Made by a program: the position numbers and the translations under genes. 64,000 bases of DNA, from NCBI GenBank assembly GCA_964642275.1, contig CAZXOA010000005.1, positions 2,410 through 66,409 on the forward strand. Reading direction: 5' to 3'. Of the stretch, positions 1 to 9,517 are shown in pieces (within the stretch, counting starts at the first letter, position 1; each line of letters begins with the position of its first letter). The DNA comes from an uncultured Candidatus Saccharibacteria bacterium. GTDB taxonomy: Bacteria; Patescibacteriota; Saccharimonadia; Saccharimonadales; JACDBH01. The notes under the pieces are model-generated. The model did no database searches, was not told the origin of the DNA, and saw only the letters and a list, made by a program, of their open reading frames with translations.

Positions 1-598
1 CGTCGCTTTTTTGATATCGAAACAAATTTGTTTTGGCTTGCTTATAATCTTCGTAATTGCTGTGCCAATTAAGATGTTCAGGTACCACCATGAGACACAC
101 TGCAATCCTGGGACTGTGTTTTACGTCATACAGCTGAAAGCTCGAAAGCTCCAGCACCACGTAGTCGGCTGTTTGTGCCTGGCTAAGCATATCGAGCGCC
201 GGGATGCCTATATTGCCAGCAAGTACTACTTTCTTGCCGGCTGCTTCGAGTATTTTAGAGATAAGCGTACTGGTGGTACCTTTGCCCTTGGTGCCCGTTA
301 CCCCGATAATGGGCGTCTTGCACTCCTCAAAAAAGATATTGATGGCAGTGGTAATTTTTGCTTCTATCTCAGGATTTTTGGCGAGAATAACGGATGGGTG
401 CATACCGCTGGTGCGGACAATCAAGTCAAAACTATCAAGGTTTTCGAGGTAATTCTCCCCTAATTGCCCCTGCATGCCTTCGGGAAGCTCTACCGAAGGG
501 TTTTGATCGCACACAGTGATTGACACGCCCTTGTCTGCAAAATACCGGTAGGCGGCCTGATTTTCGACCCCGTATCCTATCAGCGCAACTTTTGTCAT
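1..598 (-). CDS. murD: UDP-N-acetylmuramoylalanine--D-glutamate ligase, N-terminal part (gene runs off the window edge)
   Basis: Not in the ORF track because it is truncated. Reverse-strand translation from ATG (complement of 596-598) gives MTKVALIGYGVENQAAYRYF... The Mur-ligase P-loop GVTGTKGKGTTSTLISKILEA lies around 245-300. The plus-strand ORF 11..463 is its antisense shadow. Confidence 0.8.
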   Translation of the reverse strand, partial: MTKVALIGYGVENQAAYRYFADKGVSITVCDQNPSVELPEGMQGQLGENYLENLDSFDLIVRTSGMHPSVILAKNPEIEAKITTAINIFFEECKTPIIGVTGTKGKGTTSTLISKILEAAGKKVVLAGNIGIPALDMLSQAQTADYVVLELSSFQLYDVKHSPRIAVCLMVVPEHLNWHSNYEDYKQAKTNLFRYQKSD

Positions 599-969
599 GT
601 GTCTGATGATAGCTTTTCTTTGACGAGTTCGGCAACCTGGCGGGGGGTCATGTCAGCTTTGACGATAAAGGCGCTCACACCTAGGGCACGTAGGCGGTCA
701 GGGGCTTCGTTTTCGCCGATGTTGGTCAGTACAATCACCTTCATATCCTTGCCCCAATCTGTCTGACGCAGGTGCACGAGTAGTTCGTCACCGTTCATTT
801 CTGGCATCATAAGATCAAGCAGAACGATGTCAGGGCGGAATGATTCGAGCAGCTGGAGTCCAAGTTTGCCATTGTCGGCGGTTTCGACCTGGTAGCCTTC
901 GGCTTCGAATTTTATACGATACATCTGCCCAATGGCAGAATCATCCTCGATGATAGCTATTTTTGACAT
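595..969 (-). CDS. Single-domain response regulator (CheY-like receiver)
   Basis: 124 aa, MSKIAIIEDD...PDIVLLDLMMPEMNG...VIVLTN...KADMTP: the acidic pocket, phospho-accepting Asp and conserved Lys are all present and there is no output domain. It overlaps the murD start by 4 nt. Confidence 0.85.
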   Translation of the reverse strand: MSKIAIIEDDSAIGQMYRIKFEAEGYQVETADNGKLGLQLLESFRPDIVLLDLMMPEMNGDELLVHLRQTDWGKDMKVIVLTNIGENEAPDRLRALGVSAFIVKADMTPRQVAELVKEKLSSDT

Positions 970-1031
970 GCTTCAATAATAGCGTAAGCATGATACTATT
1001 ACACTAAGAAAAACGGTGGTTAGAGAAAACT

Positions 1032-2210
1032 GTGGCAAAATCAGATAAAGCACTTCAGGCGTTCATACTCCTTGTGGCGGAGCAAAAAAGCCGAAAGGCA
1101 GCTGCAGAATCAGCAGCCTCTTTTATGCGTCATGAGTTTGGTCTAGAGGATTGTCTTGTTGTTCTTGATGCAACTCCAGACGGCAGGGCGCGAAGTTATG
1201 GCGACCAACCGCACTATTTGTCAGCTCTTGTGCTGCCTGCGCCTGGCAGGGGCCTTATTTTGCCTGAACAGATGAGGGTACGAGGGTGGATACAGATTGA
1301 ACTTGCAAGCAACCGCCGCATTGGCTGGCTTCTGGTGAGAATAAAAAAGCCGAAAAAGTCGAGGGCTCTGCAAAAGGCGCTTGTTCCCTATGCGGGCGTG
1401 CTGGCGCTGGGGCTCGATGCTGCGTATGCAGATTTTGCGTTCAAAAGGGTCAAGAAGGAGTTTCGCGACCAGCTCGAGTCTTCAACCCGCCAGCTGACCA
1501 GGACAAACAACAAGCTTATTGCCCTGGACGAAACAAAAGATGAATTTATCACCATGGCCTCGCACCAGCTGCGCACGCCGCTGACGAGTATTAAGGGGTA
1601 CGTCAGCATGGTGCTGGACGGCGACGTGGGCGAGATTAACGACCAGCAGCGCAAGCTCCTGAACCAGGCATTTATCAGCTCGCAGCGTATGGTGTATCTC
1701 ATTGCCGACCTGTTGAACGTGTCGCGTCTGCGTACCGGCCGGTTTGTGATAGAAAAAACCGATACCTATCTGCCCGATATCGCCGCAGGCGAACTTGACC
1801 AATTGCGGACCACCGCTCGCGCCAAGGGGCTTAAGCTGGCCTTTGACAAGCCGGCAAGCTTCCCGACCTTGCAGTTGGACGAGACAAAAATCCGCCAGGT
1901 TATTATGAACTTTATTGATAATGCCATCCACTACACGCCAGAAGGCGGTACAATCCGGGTCGAACTAGAGGAGCGGCCTCGCTCTGTCGAACTTCGCGTT
2001 ATCGATACGGGCCTTGGCGTGCCGCGTGCCGATCAGCACAAACTGTTTACCAAGTTTTTCCGTGCCGACAATGCCCGTCGCGCCCGTCCGGATGGCACGG
2101 GCCTTGGACTGTTCATGGCCAAGAAGGTTATCATCGCCCAGGGCGGCGCACTTATTTTCCGTAGCAAAGAAGGGGTCGGCAGCACATTTGGCTTTGTATT
2201 TCCAAAGTAG
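1032..2210 (+). CDS. Sensor histidine kinase (HisKA + HATPase_c)
   Basis: H-box ASHQLRTPLTSIKGY, N-box DNAIHYTPEGG, G-boxes DTGLGV and GTGLGL. It is divergent from the response regulator and uses a GTG start. Confidence 0.85.
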   Translation: MAKSDKALQAFILLVAEQKSRKAAAESAASFMRHEFGLEDCLVVLDATPDGRARSYGDQPHYLSALVLPAPGRGLILPEQMRVRGWIQIELASNRRIGWLLVRIKKPKKSRALQKALVPYAGVLALGLDAAYADFAFKRVKKEFRDQLESSTRQLTRTNNKLIALDETKDEFITMASHQLRTPLTSIKGYVSMVLDGDVGEINDQQRKLLNQAFISSQRMVYLIADLLNVSRLRTGRFVIEKTDTYLPDIAAGELDQLRTTARAKGLKLAFDKPASFPTLQLDETKIRQVIMNFIDNAIHYTPEGGTIRVELEERPRSVELRVIDTGLGVPRADQHKLFTKFFRADNARRARPDGTGLGLFMAKKVIIAQGGALIFRSKEGVGSTFGFVFPK

Positions 2211-2284
2211 AGCGGGCCTTATAAGCTTGAGCTTGATGTTCATCGGTGTTATGCTTTTGATAATATCTAAAAAAGACGAAAAAT

Positions 2285-2587
2285 ATGCAGGAAGAAAGTG
2301 AGCTAAAGAAGTTCGTCAAGAGCATCATAGAGGAAAAGCGACTCGTTGGTGTTGAGCAACCTGTCATCGAACAGCTGATCGAAGATTTGACCGGACGTCT
2401 CGAAGACCAAATTAATGCCGCGTTACTTCTACGTCTAAAAGACGAAGATCTAGCTGAATTTGAAAAACTACTAGACGAGAATAGTATTGACAAAATTAAT
2501 GATTACTTCTATAATAAAAATATTAATATAACAGAGGTAACTACTCAAGCCATGAGCCGGTTCCGGGCGGCTTACTTATCTGCCTGA
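2285..2587 (+). CDS. Small acidic helical hypothetical protein
   Basis: 100-aa ORF directly upstream of the giant ORF on the same strand. No family recognised. Confidence 0.5.
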   Translation: MQEESELKKFVKSIIEEKRLVGVEQPVIEQLIEDLTGRLEDQINAALLLRLKDEDLAEFEKLLDENSIDKINDYFYNKNINITEVTTQAMSRFRAAYLSA

Positions 2588-2602
2588 GAGTAATCAAAAA
2601 AC

Positions 2603-5600
2603 ATGTCTACTCCTACGCCAACGATTGATGCCGATCCAGCGTTAGTAGCTGTGCCGCCAGAGCAGCTTACGATTGTCGTTCTTGACGCTTCAGAGGCACG
2701 GCGTGATCAAGCACGTGATGCTGCAGATGCCCGTTTGTCGGCCGAAACAGCTATTGGCCCGATAGATCAGAGTAAAATTACCGGTAGTAACAAGCTTGTA
2801 AGAACATTTCAGGCTGGCAAGGAAGCATACAGAGGCGGCGGGTTTCGGGGAATGGTGCGTCGTATCTGGAAGGGTAATGTTGCAAACGAATATTATCGTC
2901 AGAAATACACCCAGCAAGAGCTAGCACGTGTAGACAAGACAGGTAATATTTATGCAGCCGAAGAAGGCCTAAATAGCCGAGAAGCTATGGGCGCCACGGT
3001 TGAACGTTTTGCTAGTGAGTTTGCTGACCAGATGATGCACGAGGGTGAGAAGCGTTATGAGCTTGAGGACGGTAAAGATAATGCTACGCGCACCGTCCTG
3101 ACAAACCTCATCGGTGCCTATGCACGTGATGAACTTGACGATGCTAATTTTGAGGAAGAGAAGAATCGTGCAGTGAAGGAATTGGCACAGGGCAGTCCAG
3201 CGGCTTTCGGCGAGGGTGTTATGTTTGCTGATAACCTTCTCGAAATTGCTCAAAACGTCAAGGCGAAAGTGCGCCACGGTCTTGGTCTTGACGAAATTCT
3301 AGCTAATGCAAAGTTTGTGGTCGGCGAGGCGCGGATGGGCGTGCGGTCAGAGGCTCATTTTAACACGGTAGATAGAGTTATCGACCGATTGCATAAAAGC
3401 AAGGTAGGATCACTAGTCAATGAAACAACTATTGCGGCCGCTGCTGCAGTTGTAGCTGGAGTGACGAGACTAGGAGCCAGGCTCGGGACTGGTAAGGCGG
3501 CAGCCATTGCTACCGGTGGTGTAGCAGGTGTTGCTGGCGGTGCTATGGCAGTGGCTAGGGAATCAAAGAAGCAAAAGCAAGAGCGAGCACAGCATATGCG
3601 CGAGCGCGCCCAGGGCAAAGAGTTTGATGAAGGGTCTGAGCGCCGATCTAGGTTTGAAGAAACGCGCTATGAAACAAGGGCTGCAGTTGATCTGGCTACG
3701 AGCTTAGAGAGTCTGTTTGATGCTGATGGCAACCTCCTCCACATCGAAAATGGCGACGCCTATACTGATGCCCTGAGGAGACTAGCAGAGGTGCATGTCC
3801 GCACAAAAATGTCGGACAAGCAGCTTGCAGACCTTATTCACTACAGTGCCGTTGATAAGGTCGATAGCGAGCGACTACGGCTTGACCTGGCTCGGGCCCG
3901 CGTCAATGTGGTGCTAAAAGAAGCGCTGGATGGCCGTCAGGACGAGTTGCTACCAGCAGGACTCAAGACCTCTTCATTTGAAGACCTACTACGCATGCAC
4001 GAGATGTCATTTACATCGGCTCAAGAGCAGTCGATGCAGGAGCGCGATGCAATATTTGACAAAATGCGTCGCTCAGAAGCTCTGAAGGCCGGTATAAAAG
4101 GTGCTGCAACTGGTTTTATTTTAGGCTCTGCAGTGCAAGAAGGTATTGCAGCAGTGCATCCCGGCATAGTTGGCGTGTTAGAGGGTACGAACCACAGCCA
4201 ATCAGCAGGCCAAAGCGCGTCAATGCTCAGGAGTGTCTTCAAGGGAGACACGGTGCACAATTCGGGCGTTTTTGCGATTGGCGAGGGGCCGCATCAGATA
4301 GCTATGAGTGATCGAGCCAGCTTGGCGTTGCCAGATGGGTATACCGCAACTCATAGTCTGACAGACCCTTCGTTATGGCAGATTAGTGGTCCTGATGGCC
4401 ATATGACAGACATTGTTATAGGCACAGAAGGCACGCTAACCCAAGAAAGTGTTCAGGCGTTGTCTAATGCAGGTCTAAATCTTCATGAATCAGTTGTCGG
4501 TAGCCCTCTTTCTGGGCAGGTACATGAGCTTACGATTGGCCGAGATAAATACGTGTTTCCGTCAGAATATAATGCCCTAGAAACTACGCCCGGTCATTGG
4601 CAGGTTACTGATGCCAACGGTGTTGTTCAAGCAGAATTTTTGACTAACCCTGACGGCTCATTGACGCAAGAGGGTGCGGAGGCTCTCAGAGCAAGAGGGG
4701 TTGACTTGGTATCAGCTACAGATGTAAGTACCGTTGCAATTACCGAGCAAGTGCCAGTTGAGTCTGCACAAGACTTATTGATGGCCCATTCAGATCAGAC
4801 AGAGCAAGTTCGACGTGTACTGTGGTATGGCAATGACACGCCAGGTAGCTATGACCTCAACGAGCTTCGTACTCACGCCGGTGGCGTCAACGGCGATTGG
4901 TTTGATGGGCATGGCAATGTAGTGATAGATATAAGTCGTATGTCACCCGACGGCTCGTTTCAGGGTGGGCAAAGTGCTAATCCATTTGAACTCGTGGGTG
5001 AAAATCGCCTCACAGCTGCAATATCGGTATCCAAAGATACACAGTCAACAGTATTTAATTTTGATTTCGTTACTCAACCAGATGGCAGAACAGTTGCCGT
5101 CATCCCGCCCGACAGTCCGGCATTTCAATTATTCCAGGCTGGGAACGAATATAATGGACATGGTGCCTTCAACGGACGCTACATAGAAATTATGGAAATG
5201 ACGGGTCAAGTGGATGATCAGTCAGAGCAAGTCAGAATATTAAGTACCTATGTTGGACAGAGTAATACGTCAGGTCTTACTGCGAACGTGACAGATTACG
5301 TAGAACAAGCAAGGATGGTTAATAATCTTAGCTTTGCACCTGTAGAGACACTGCAAACCATTACAGTAGGCGAAAGCAAGCTGGGTAGCGTAGAGCCCAT
5401 CATACCTACCCCTATTCGTTCTCGTCGCGGTCTGGAGTCACCAGTACGTCGTCGTGGCCCATATGGCTATTACGGCAGAGGCATAACCTCACCCGAACAA
5501 GTGGATGAGATATTACAACAGACTATCCCTATGCTTCATCAGGATCCTCGTGCCCAAGTCCCTATGGGTGATGCGGTTGATTGGTATGACCAGCTGCTGA

Positions 5601-7090
5601 GAGAGCATAGAACCCCAGAGTATGTTAAGGATATTGAACAGCAGATAGTCGATTCTTCCGAATTATTATCAATAGACAATTCGGTCAAGACCATCGTAAC
5701 TATACCTGTTCGGGCTATCGCAGAAGCTGACAATATTCATGAGACGCTAAGCCTGTATGGCCAACAAAGCACGGAGTCACTTGAATCTACCCAGGTATTA
5801 CTCCACGTAAATTGGACTCAGGAAGATGCAGCAGATCCTGCAAGGGCTGATGAGATAAGCCGCCTTAGGCAAGAAATAGATCGTGCCAGGTCTAATTATC
5901 CTGGGCTAAGAGTTGCTATTCTGGAGAGTGAATGGACCTCAGATGAAGCTGCAGGCGGGGTTATTGGACATGTTGTAAGAAAAATGTATGACACTGCCGT
6001 ACTGTCTGTAAAGAGAGCTATTGATGAAGGGCGCATGGATGCAGATCATGAAGTCGTGCTTGTACGTAATGATGCTGATGCAAAGGGTATGTCGCGTGAT
6101 TATTTAGGTAGAATGACTGATGCTGTGACCCGTGATGGAGTAGATGCGGCTGCTGGTCGCTTTAAGTGGGGCATAGAACGATCTGCTGACCTGCCAGGAT
6201 TCACGATGTTTACACAGGTGCTAGAGGGTGTAATGGGGTCATCAGTACGTGCACGTACTCAGGGCATCCCGGCCGGCGTCGGTACCTCAGGAGCAAATTC
6301 AGCTGTGAGGATTTCTACGCTGGCGGCGGTTGGAAGCATAGGGTTTTCTGATGATACCGGTGCTGGCAGTGACGACATTATTCTTGGTGAGCGTATTAAT
6401 GCAATTCGGCGCAACGGTTCACCTGTGCGTCAAGAATTGTATCGCAGACAACACAAGCAAAGCCTGAGAGGGTGGTGGTATAATCGCAGGAAGCCGTCAA
6501 GCACGTATTCTCTTGGTTCAATTGCTACCTCTGATAATGACTCGAGCACCATCACGATAGCCAATGGGGCTACTATCGACACTGATCCGTCGCGTCTTGA
6601 AGCAATGTACCGCAACGGCGAGGCAATTGTAGACGCATGGAATGATTTTGACAAAGGTCCTGGAGGGGCATCTGATAGGTCTGCCAAAATGCCTGCGATA
6701 CTAGCTCCAGAGTCTGCCAGAAGCGACATTGGCACAATTGCTACAAGAATAGAGTTTCAGATTGATGCGCTCTTGACAAAGTGGGGACTTGATCCACGTC
6801 ATGCAGAGATGGCTCTTTGGCGTTCATTTCCGACAGCTCGTGATTGGGAAGATCCGAAATATCACGGTCCTATGTACACATTCGAACCCGACAGTTCAGG
6901 AAGGCGGGTATTCAAGTTTACAGATAGCGGAAAGTTATTACTACAGAAGAGACTTCAGCGAAACAACAAGAGCCAGTTTGACCCAATAGGCAGCAGACGA
7001 ATGCGCGTAAATTACGGAGTTGAGTCAGACAAGGGCAGGCAAAAGATAAAAGCACCTAGAGTCCCTAGACTTTTACGTGCAGTAGGATAG
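2603..7090 (+). CDS. Giant (1495 aa) hypothetical protein with an Ala/Gly-rich hydrophobic segment and a possible GT-A-like segment near residues ~1030-1180
   Basis: Uninterrupted 4.5-kb ORF. It has a hydrophobic stretch (AAAAAVVAGVTRLG...GGVAGVAGGAMAVA). A C-terminal segment (TIVTIPVRAIAEADNIHETL ... VVLVRNDADAKGMSRDYL) has a pattern like glycosyltransferase family 2 (inference only). Confidence 0.8.
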   Translation: MSTPTPTIDADPALVAVPPEQLTIVVLDASEARRDQARDAADARLSAETAIGPIDQSKITGSNKLVRTFQAGKEAYRGGGFRGMVRRIWKGNVANEYYRQKYTQQELARVDKTGNIYAAEEGLNSREAMGATVERFASEFADQMMHEGEKRYELEDGKDNATRTVLTNLIGAYARDELDDANFEEEKNRAVKELAQGSPAAFGEGVMFADNLLEIAQNVKAKVRHGLGLDEILANAKFVVGEARMGVRSEAHFNTVDRVIDRLHKSKVGSLVNETTIAAAAAVVAGVTRLGARLGTGKAAAIATGGVAGVAGGAMAVARESKKQKQERAQHMRERAQGKEFDEGSERRSRFEETRYETRAAVDLATSLESLFDADGNLLHIENGDAYTDALRRLAEVHVRTKMSDKQLADLIHYSAVDKVDSERLRLDLARARVNVVLKEALDGRQDELLPAGLKTSSFEDLLRMHEMSFTSAQEQSMQERDAIFDKMRRSEALKAGIKGAATGFILGSAVQEGIAAVHPGIVGVLEGTNHSQSAGQSASMLRSVFKGDTVHNSGVFAIGEGPHQIAMSDRASLALPDGYTATHSLTDPSLWQISGPDGHMTDIVIGTEGTLTQESVQALSNAGLNLHESVVGSPLSGQVHELTIGRDKYVFPSEYNALETTPGHWQVTDANGVVQAEFLTNPDGSLTQEGAEALRARGVDLVSATDVSTVAITEQVPVESAQDLLMAHSDQTEQVRRVLWYGNDTPGSYDLNELRTHAGGVNGDWFDGHGNVVIDISRMSPDGSFQGGQSANPFELVGENRLTAAISVSKDTQSTVFNFDFVTQPDGRTVAVIPPDSPAFQLFQAGNEYNGHGAFNGRYIEIMEMTGQVDDQSEQVRILSTYVGQSNTSGLTANVTDYVEQARMVNNLSFAPVETLQTITVGESKLGSVEPIIPTPIRSRRGLESPVRRRGPYGYYGRGITSPEQVDEILQQTIPMLHQDPRAQVPMGDAVDWYDQLLREHRTPEYVKDIEQQIVDSSELLSIDNSVKTIVTIPVRAIAEADNIHETLSLYGQQSTESLESTQVLLHVNWTQEDAADPARADEISRLRQEIDRARSNYPGLRVAILESEWTSDEAAGGVIGHVVRKMYDTAVLSVKRAIDEGRMDADHEVVLVRNDADAKGMSRDYLGRMTDAVTRDGVDAAAGRFKWGIERSADLPGFTMFTQVLEGVMGSSVRARTQGIPAGVGTSGANSAVRISTLAAVGSIGFSDDTGAGSDDIILGERINAIRRNGSPVRQELYRRQHKQSLRGWWYNRRKPSSTYSLGSIATSDNDSSTITIANGATIDTDPSRLEAMYRNGEAIVDAWNDFDKGPGGASDRSAKMPAILAPESARSDIGTIATRIEFQIDALLTKWGLDPRHAEMALWRSFPTARDWEDPKYHGPMYTFEPDSSGRRVFKFTDSGKLLLQKRLQRNNKSQFDPIGSRRMRVNYGVESDKGRQKIKAPRVPRLLRAVG

Positions 7091-7119
7091 AATTAGTATA
7101 AGCAAAAAGGGGAGTGGGT

Positions 7120-7479
7120 ATGAACGATGAGTTGGCGGACTTAAAAAGTAGAATTCTGGATGGTCTGATCACCTTGGAGGATGAGTCTGCCATAAATGCT
7201 AGTGAACGATTTTCAATCATTATGGCAAGATACATAGAGAATGGCGATTTAGGCTTGCTCAATAGGGCTTACGAGGTAGCTAGTAAACTGGATGATCCAT
7301 CACTAAAGTCGAACGCCCTATTGCAGCTTCTTGATGAAGTAAATATAGCTCAGAATGAACAAGCTGATGCTGGGGATGCAGGCACGGTGGTGACACCAAA
7401 AGAGATAAGAGACACAGAGGCTGACCTGCGGGCTGAGGATAATTCAAACGAAGCACAGGTTCATATTACACAGCAGTAG
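7120..7479 (+). CDS. Hypothetical acidic protein
   Basis: The ORF track starts at GTG 7114. The ATG at 7120 is better placed behind GGGGAG. No family recognised. Confidence 0.5.
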   Translation: MNDELADLKSRILDGLITLEDESAINASERFSIIMARYIENGDLGLLNRAYEVASKLDDPSLKSNALLQLLDEVNIAQNEQADAGDAGTVVTPKEIRDTEADLRAEDNSNEAQVHITQQ

Positions 7480-7969
7480 GCTGTCGGCGTGCTTGGTCAA
7501 TCGATTGGTAGAGGTCTGGGTTATATGATTCGCGTATCAGAGCATCGCCCGGAAGAAGTGCGGCTACACCAAATGCACCAGAGACAATCCGCTCTCCTGC
7601 GGTATCGAGTGGCCCTCCAGGAAAAACGGCGTTAGCAAGTAGGCTCGCTCCGATAAAGTTCAGTGCCATGCCGGCAGAGTATATTAATCCACGCCCAAGT
7701 CGCCGCACACGGCTTTCTTGAATTGTCTGCTGTTCGCGGGTTTCGCCTGATTCATATAGTGGGCGCATTACCTTTCTCGAAGCATACATAAGCCCAGCTC
7801 CGGCTGCCAGCCCGACAGCTCCGCTTATGGGTGAAGTTATGATACCGCTGGCTGCGACGCCTACACCTGCGAAGCCAAGAACGTAACCACCCAGCCCTCG
7901 TCCAAGGCGACGAAGGCGGTTATATTTCCTAGTGTTCTCTTGCTGGGCTTCATGCGTTGTAGCTGTCAT
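7466..7969 (-). CDS. Membrane protein with an internal two-fold repeat
   Basis: 167 aa. The motif RLRRLGRGLGGYVLGFAG recurs as RVRRLGRGLIYSAGMALNFIG, each followed by Gly/Ala-rich hydrophobic helices. Confidence 0.6.
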   Translation of the reverse strand: MTATTHEAQQENTRKYNRLRRLGRGLGGYVLGFAGVGVAASGIITSPISGAVGLAAGAGLMYASRKVMRPLYESGETREQQTIQESRVRRLGRGLIYSAGMALNFIGASLLANAVFPGGPLDTAGERIVSGAFGVAALLPGDALIRESYNPDLYQSIDQARRQPTAV

Positions 7970-8053
7970 TAGTGTAAGACTATAGCACTTTTCTGTATAA
8001 AATACTACTTATGACACAGTAGACAAACATAAGCAAAAAAGTGGCATAAGGTA

Positions 8054-8082
8054 TTGACTTTTTTGCACTCTCGTGATAGTAT
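8054..8082 (+). promoter_or_regulatory. Sigma-70-like promoter (TTGACT - 17 nt - TAGTAT)
   Basis: -35 TTGACT at 8054-8059, a 17-nt spacer, then -10 TAGTAT at 8077-8082 preceded by TGA (extended -10-like). It points into the ORF-free structured region. Confidence 0.5.
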
Positions 8083-8089
8083 ATATACA

Positions 8090-8730
8090 TCTTTCCTGGT
8101 GAGGTGGGAAATCCTTAGCCAAGGGAGTGAACAGGAGGAAGAGTAAAATAGTCTAATAGTGCCAGAAATGGTACTTTTTGTGCTGTTTAACCCCTTGAAT
8201 CCTGTTTCATAAGTTACAGATTTGAGTGCAGGTTGGAGTCGAAACCGAGCACCGGAGCGGAGGCGTACTACTGTACGGTGAGCACCGGAGACACAGGTTT
8301 TGGCCCAAGATGTGCCAAAGGTGTAATTTATGATTTTTACAAGTCGGATCATTACAGTTCATTATCTGTTTTGGACTGCAAAAGTGCAGATTATTACTCC
8401 CGTTAAACACCCGCTAGCATTAGATGGCTAGCGGGTGCAAATAAGCTAGCGCCTCACGCTAGCTTACAGAGGTAGTAATCTGCACTTGATGCAGTGTTGA
8501 GCCAGTAGGGTTGATGTCGCAAGACATCCCCGTTTGCTCCACTTTCCAAGAGCAGAGAGTGACTACATTTCACACTATAGACTAATCGTCTTAAAGTTCT
8601 AGACAGAAGTATGGCTACGGAATTCTGGTTTGCTGGTGCGTTTACCCGATTGGAGACTGTTGCGGACAAAATTTGCCCGCTAGCGGTCTCCAATCGGAGA
8701 CAACAACCCAAAACAAGAAAGGAGCCGGCC
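8090..8730 (+). ncRNA. Long structured leader or unclassified ncRNA
   Basis: There is no credible ORF. A multi-helix junction is formed by 8384-8397 pairing with 8472-8485, enclosing perfect hairpins at 8408-8437 and 8443-8465. There is also a GCAA-capped stem at 8513-8528 and a perfect 12-bp stem at 8646-8657/8686-8697 just upstream of the RBS at ~8720. Confidence 0.35.
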
Positions 8731-9309
8731 ATGCCGACTCTCGCCCATATCCGCCCCCACATCGACAGTTCCCACCGCTCCGGCTGGACGCTGGCAGGCT
8801 GGTTCCTCGGGATCATCGCCTCCCTCGTCGCTACCGCCTTTTTGTCCGTAGAGGTCGTCGTCGACCGTGTGCCCCTGTGGCATGCTGACGGCACTCCTGC
8901 CTTGGATGCAGACGGCTACCAGCTGGCTGACGTCTACCGGCAGACCGCATGGTCGGGTGACGGTGCTCTCGGGCTCGTCGTACCCATCATTGCGGTTCTG
9001 GTCGTTTGGGCTCTGTATGCGTTTGCCCGCGGCCGCGGCCGTCCATGGCAGCGTCTCACAGCGCTTGTGGCGGCATTCGTTGCCGGCTACCTCCTGCGGG
9101 ACCCGATCAGGGAAGCGCTGGAGGGCGGTGTCGAGTGGAGGCTCGTCTTCCTCGGCCTTGCCGCTGCCATGGTCATCCTGGCCTCAGCTTGGATTGCCCA
9201 CGAGTTCTACGCAAGGCGCGTGGACGAAGCACGGCAGCTGCGGGTATGGATCGGTCGCACCGAGGCCGCCCTCACCGCAGCGGGTATCGACCCTGCGTCG
9301 ATCCCGTGA
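8731..9309 (+). CDS. High-GC integral membrane protein (about 4 TM helices)
   Basis: The ATG at 8731 is preceded by AAAGGAG. The protein reads MPTLAHIRPH...GWFLGIIASLVATAFL...LGLVVPIIAVLVVWALYAF...LTALVAAFVAGYLL...VFLGLAAAMVILASAWIA. The ORF-track start at 8611 would include the upstream stem-loop. Codon usage is GC3-rich, unlike its neighbours. Confidence 0.6.
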   Translation: MPTLAHIRPHIDSSHRSGWTLAGWFLGIIASLVATAFLSVEVVVDRVPLWHADGTPALDADGYQLADVYRQTAWSGDGALGLVVPIIAVLVVWALYAFARGRGRPWQRLTALVAAFVAGYLLRDPIREALEGGVEWRLVFLGLAAAMVILASAWIAHEFYARRVDEARQLRVWIGRTEAALTAAGIDPASIP

Positions 9310-9517
9310 GATGACTGTCCGGAACGGACGGCTTGTACCACCACCGCGAATGCGGCAGGAGTACGGGTCATCCCCAAGCAAGGTCTATGCGACCTTCCTG
9401 GAGCCTCGGCTACCAGGTAGCTAGCATCCCCGTCGTGGACCGGGTGCAAGGGTTGTTGTCTTTACGGCGCACCCAGTCCACTTCCACATCCACCCGAGCA
9501 GACCCTTAGGAGGTATC

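Noticed and set aside
11-463. A 150-aa plus-strand ORF at the window start
   Set aside because: It is antisense to the truncated murD gene, whose Mur-ligase P-loop is unmistakable on the minus strand.
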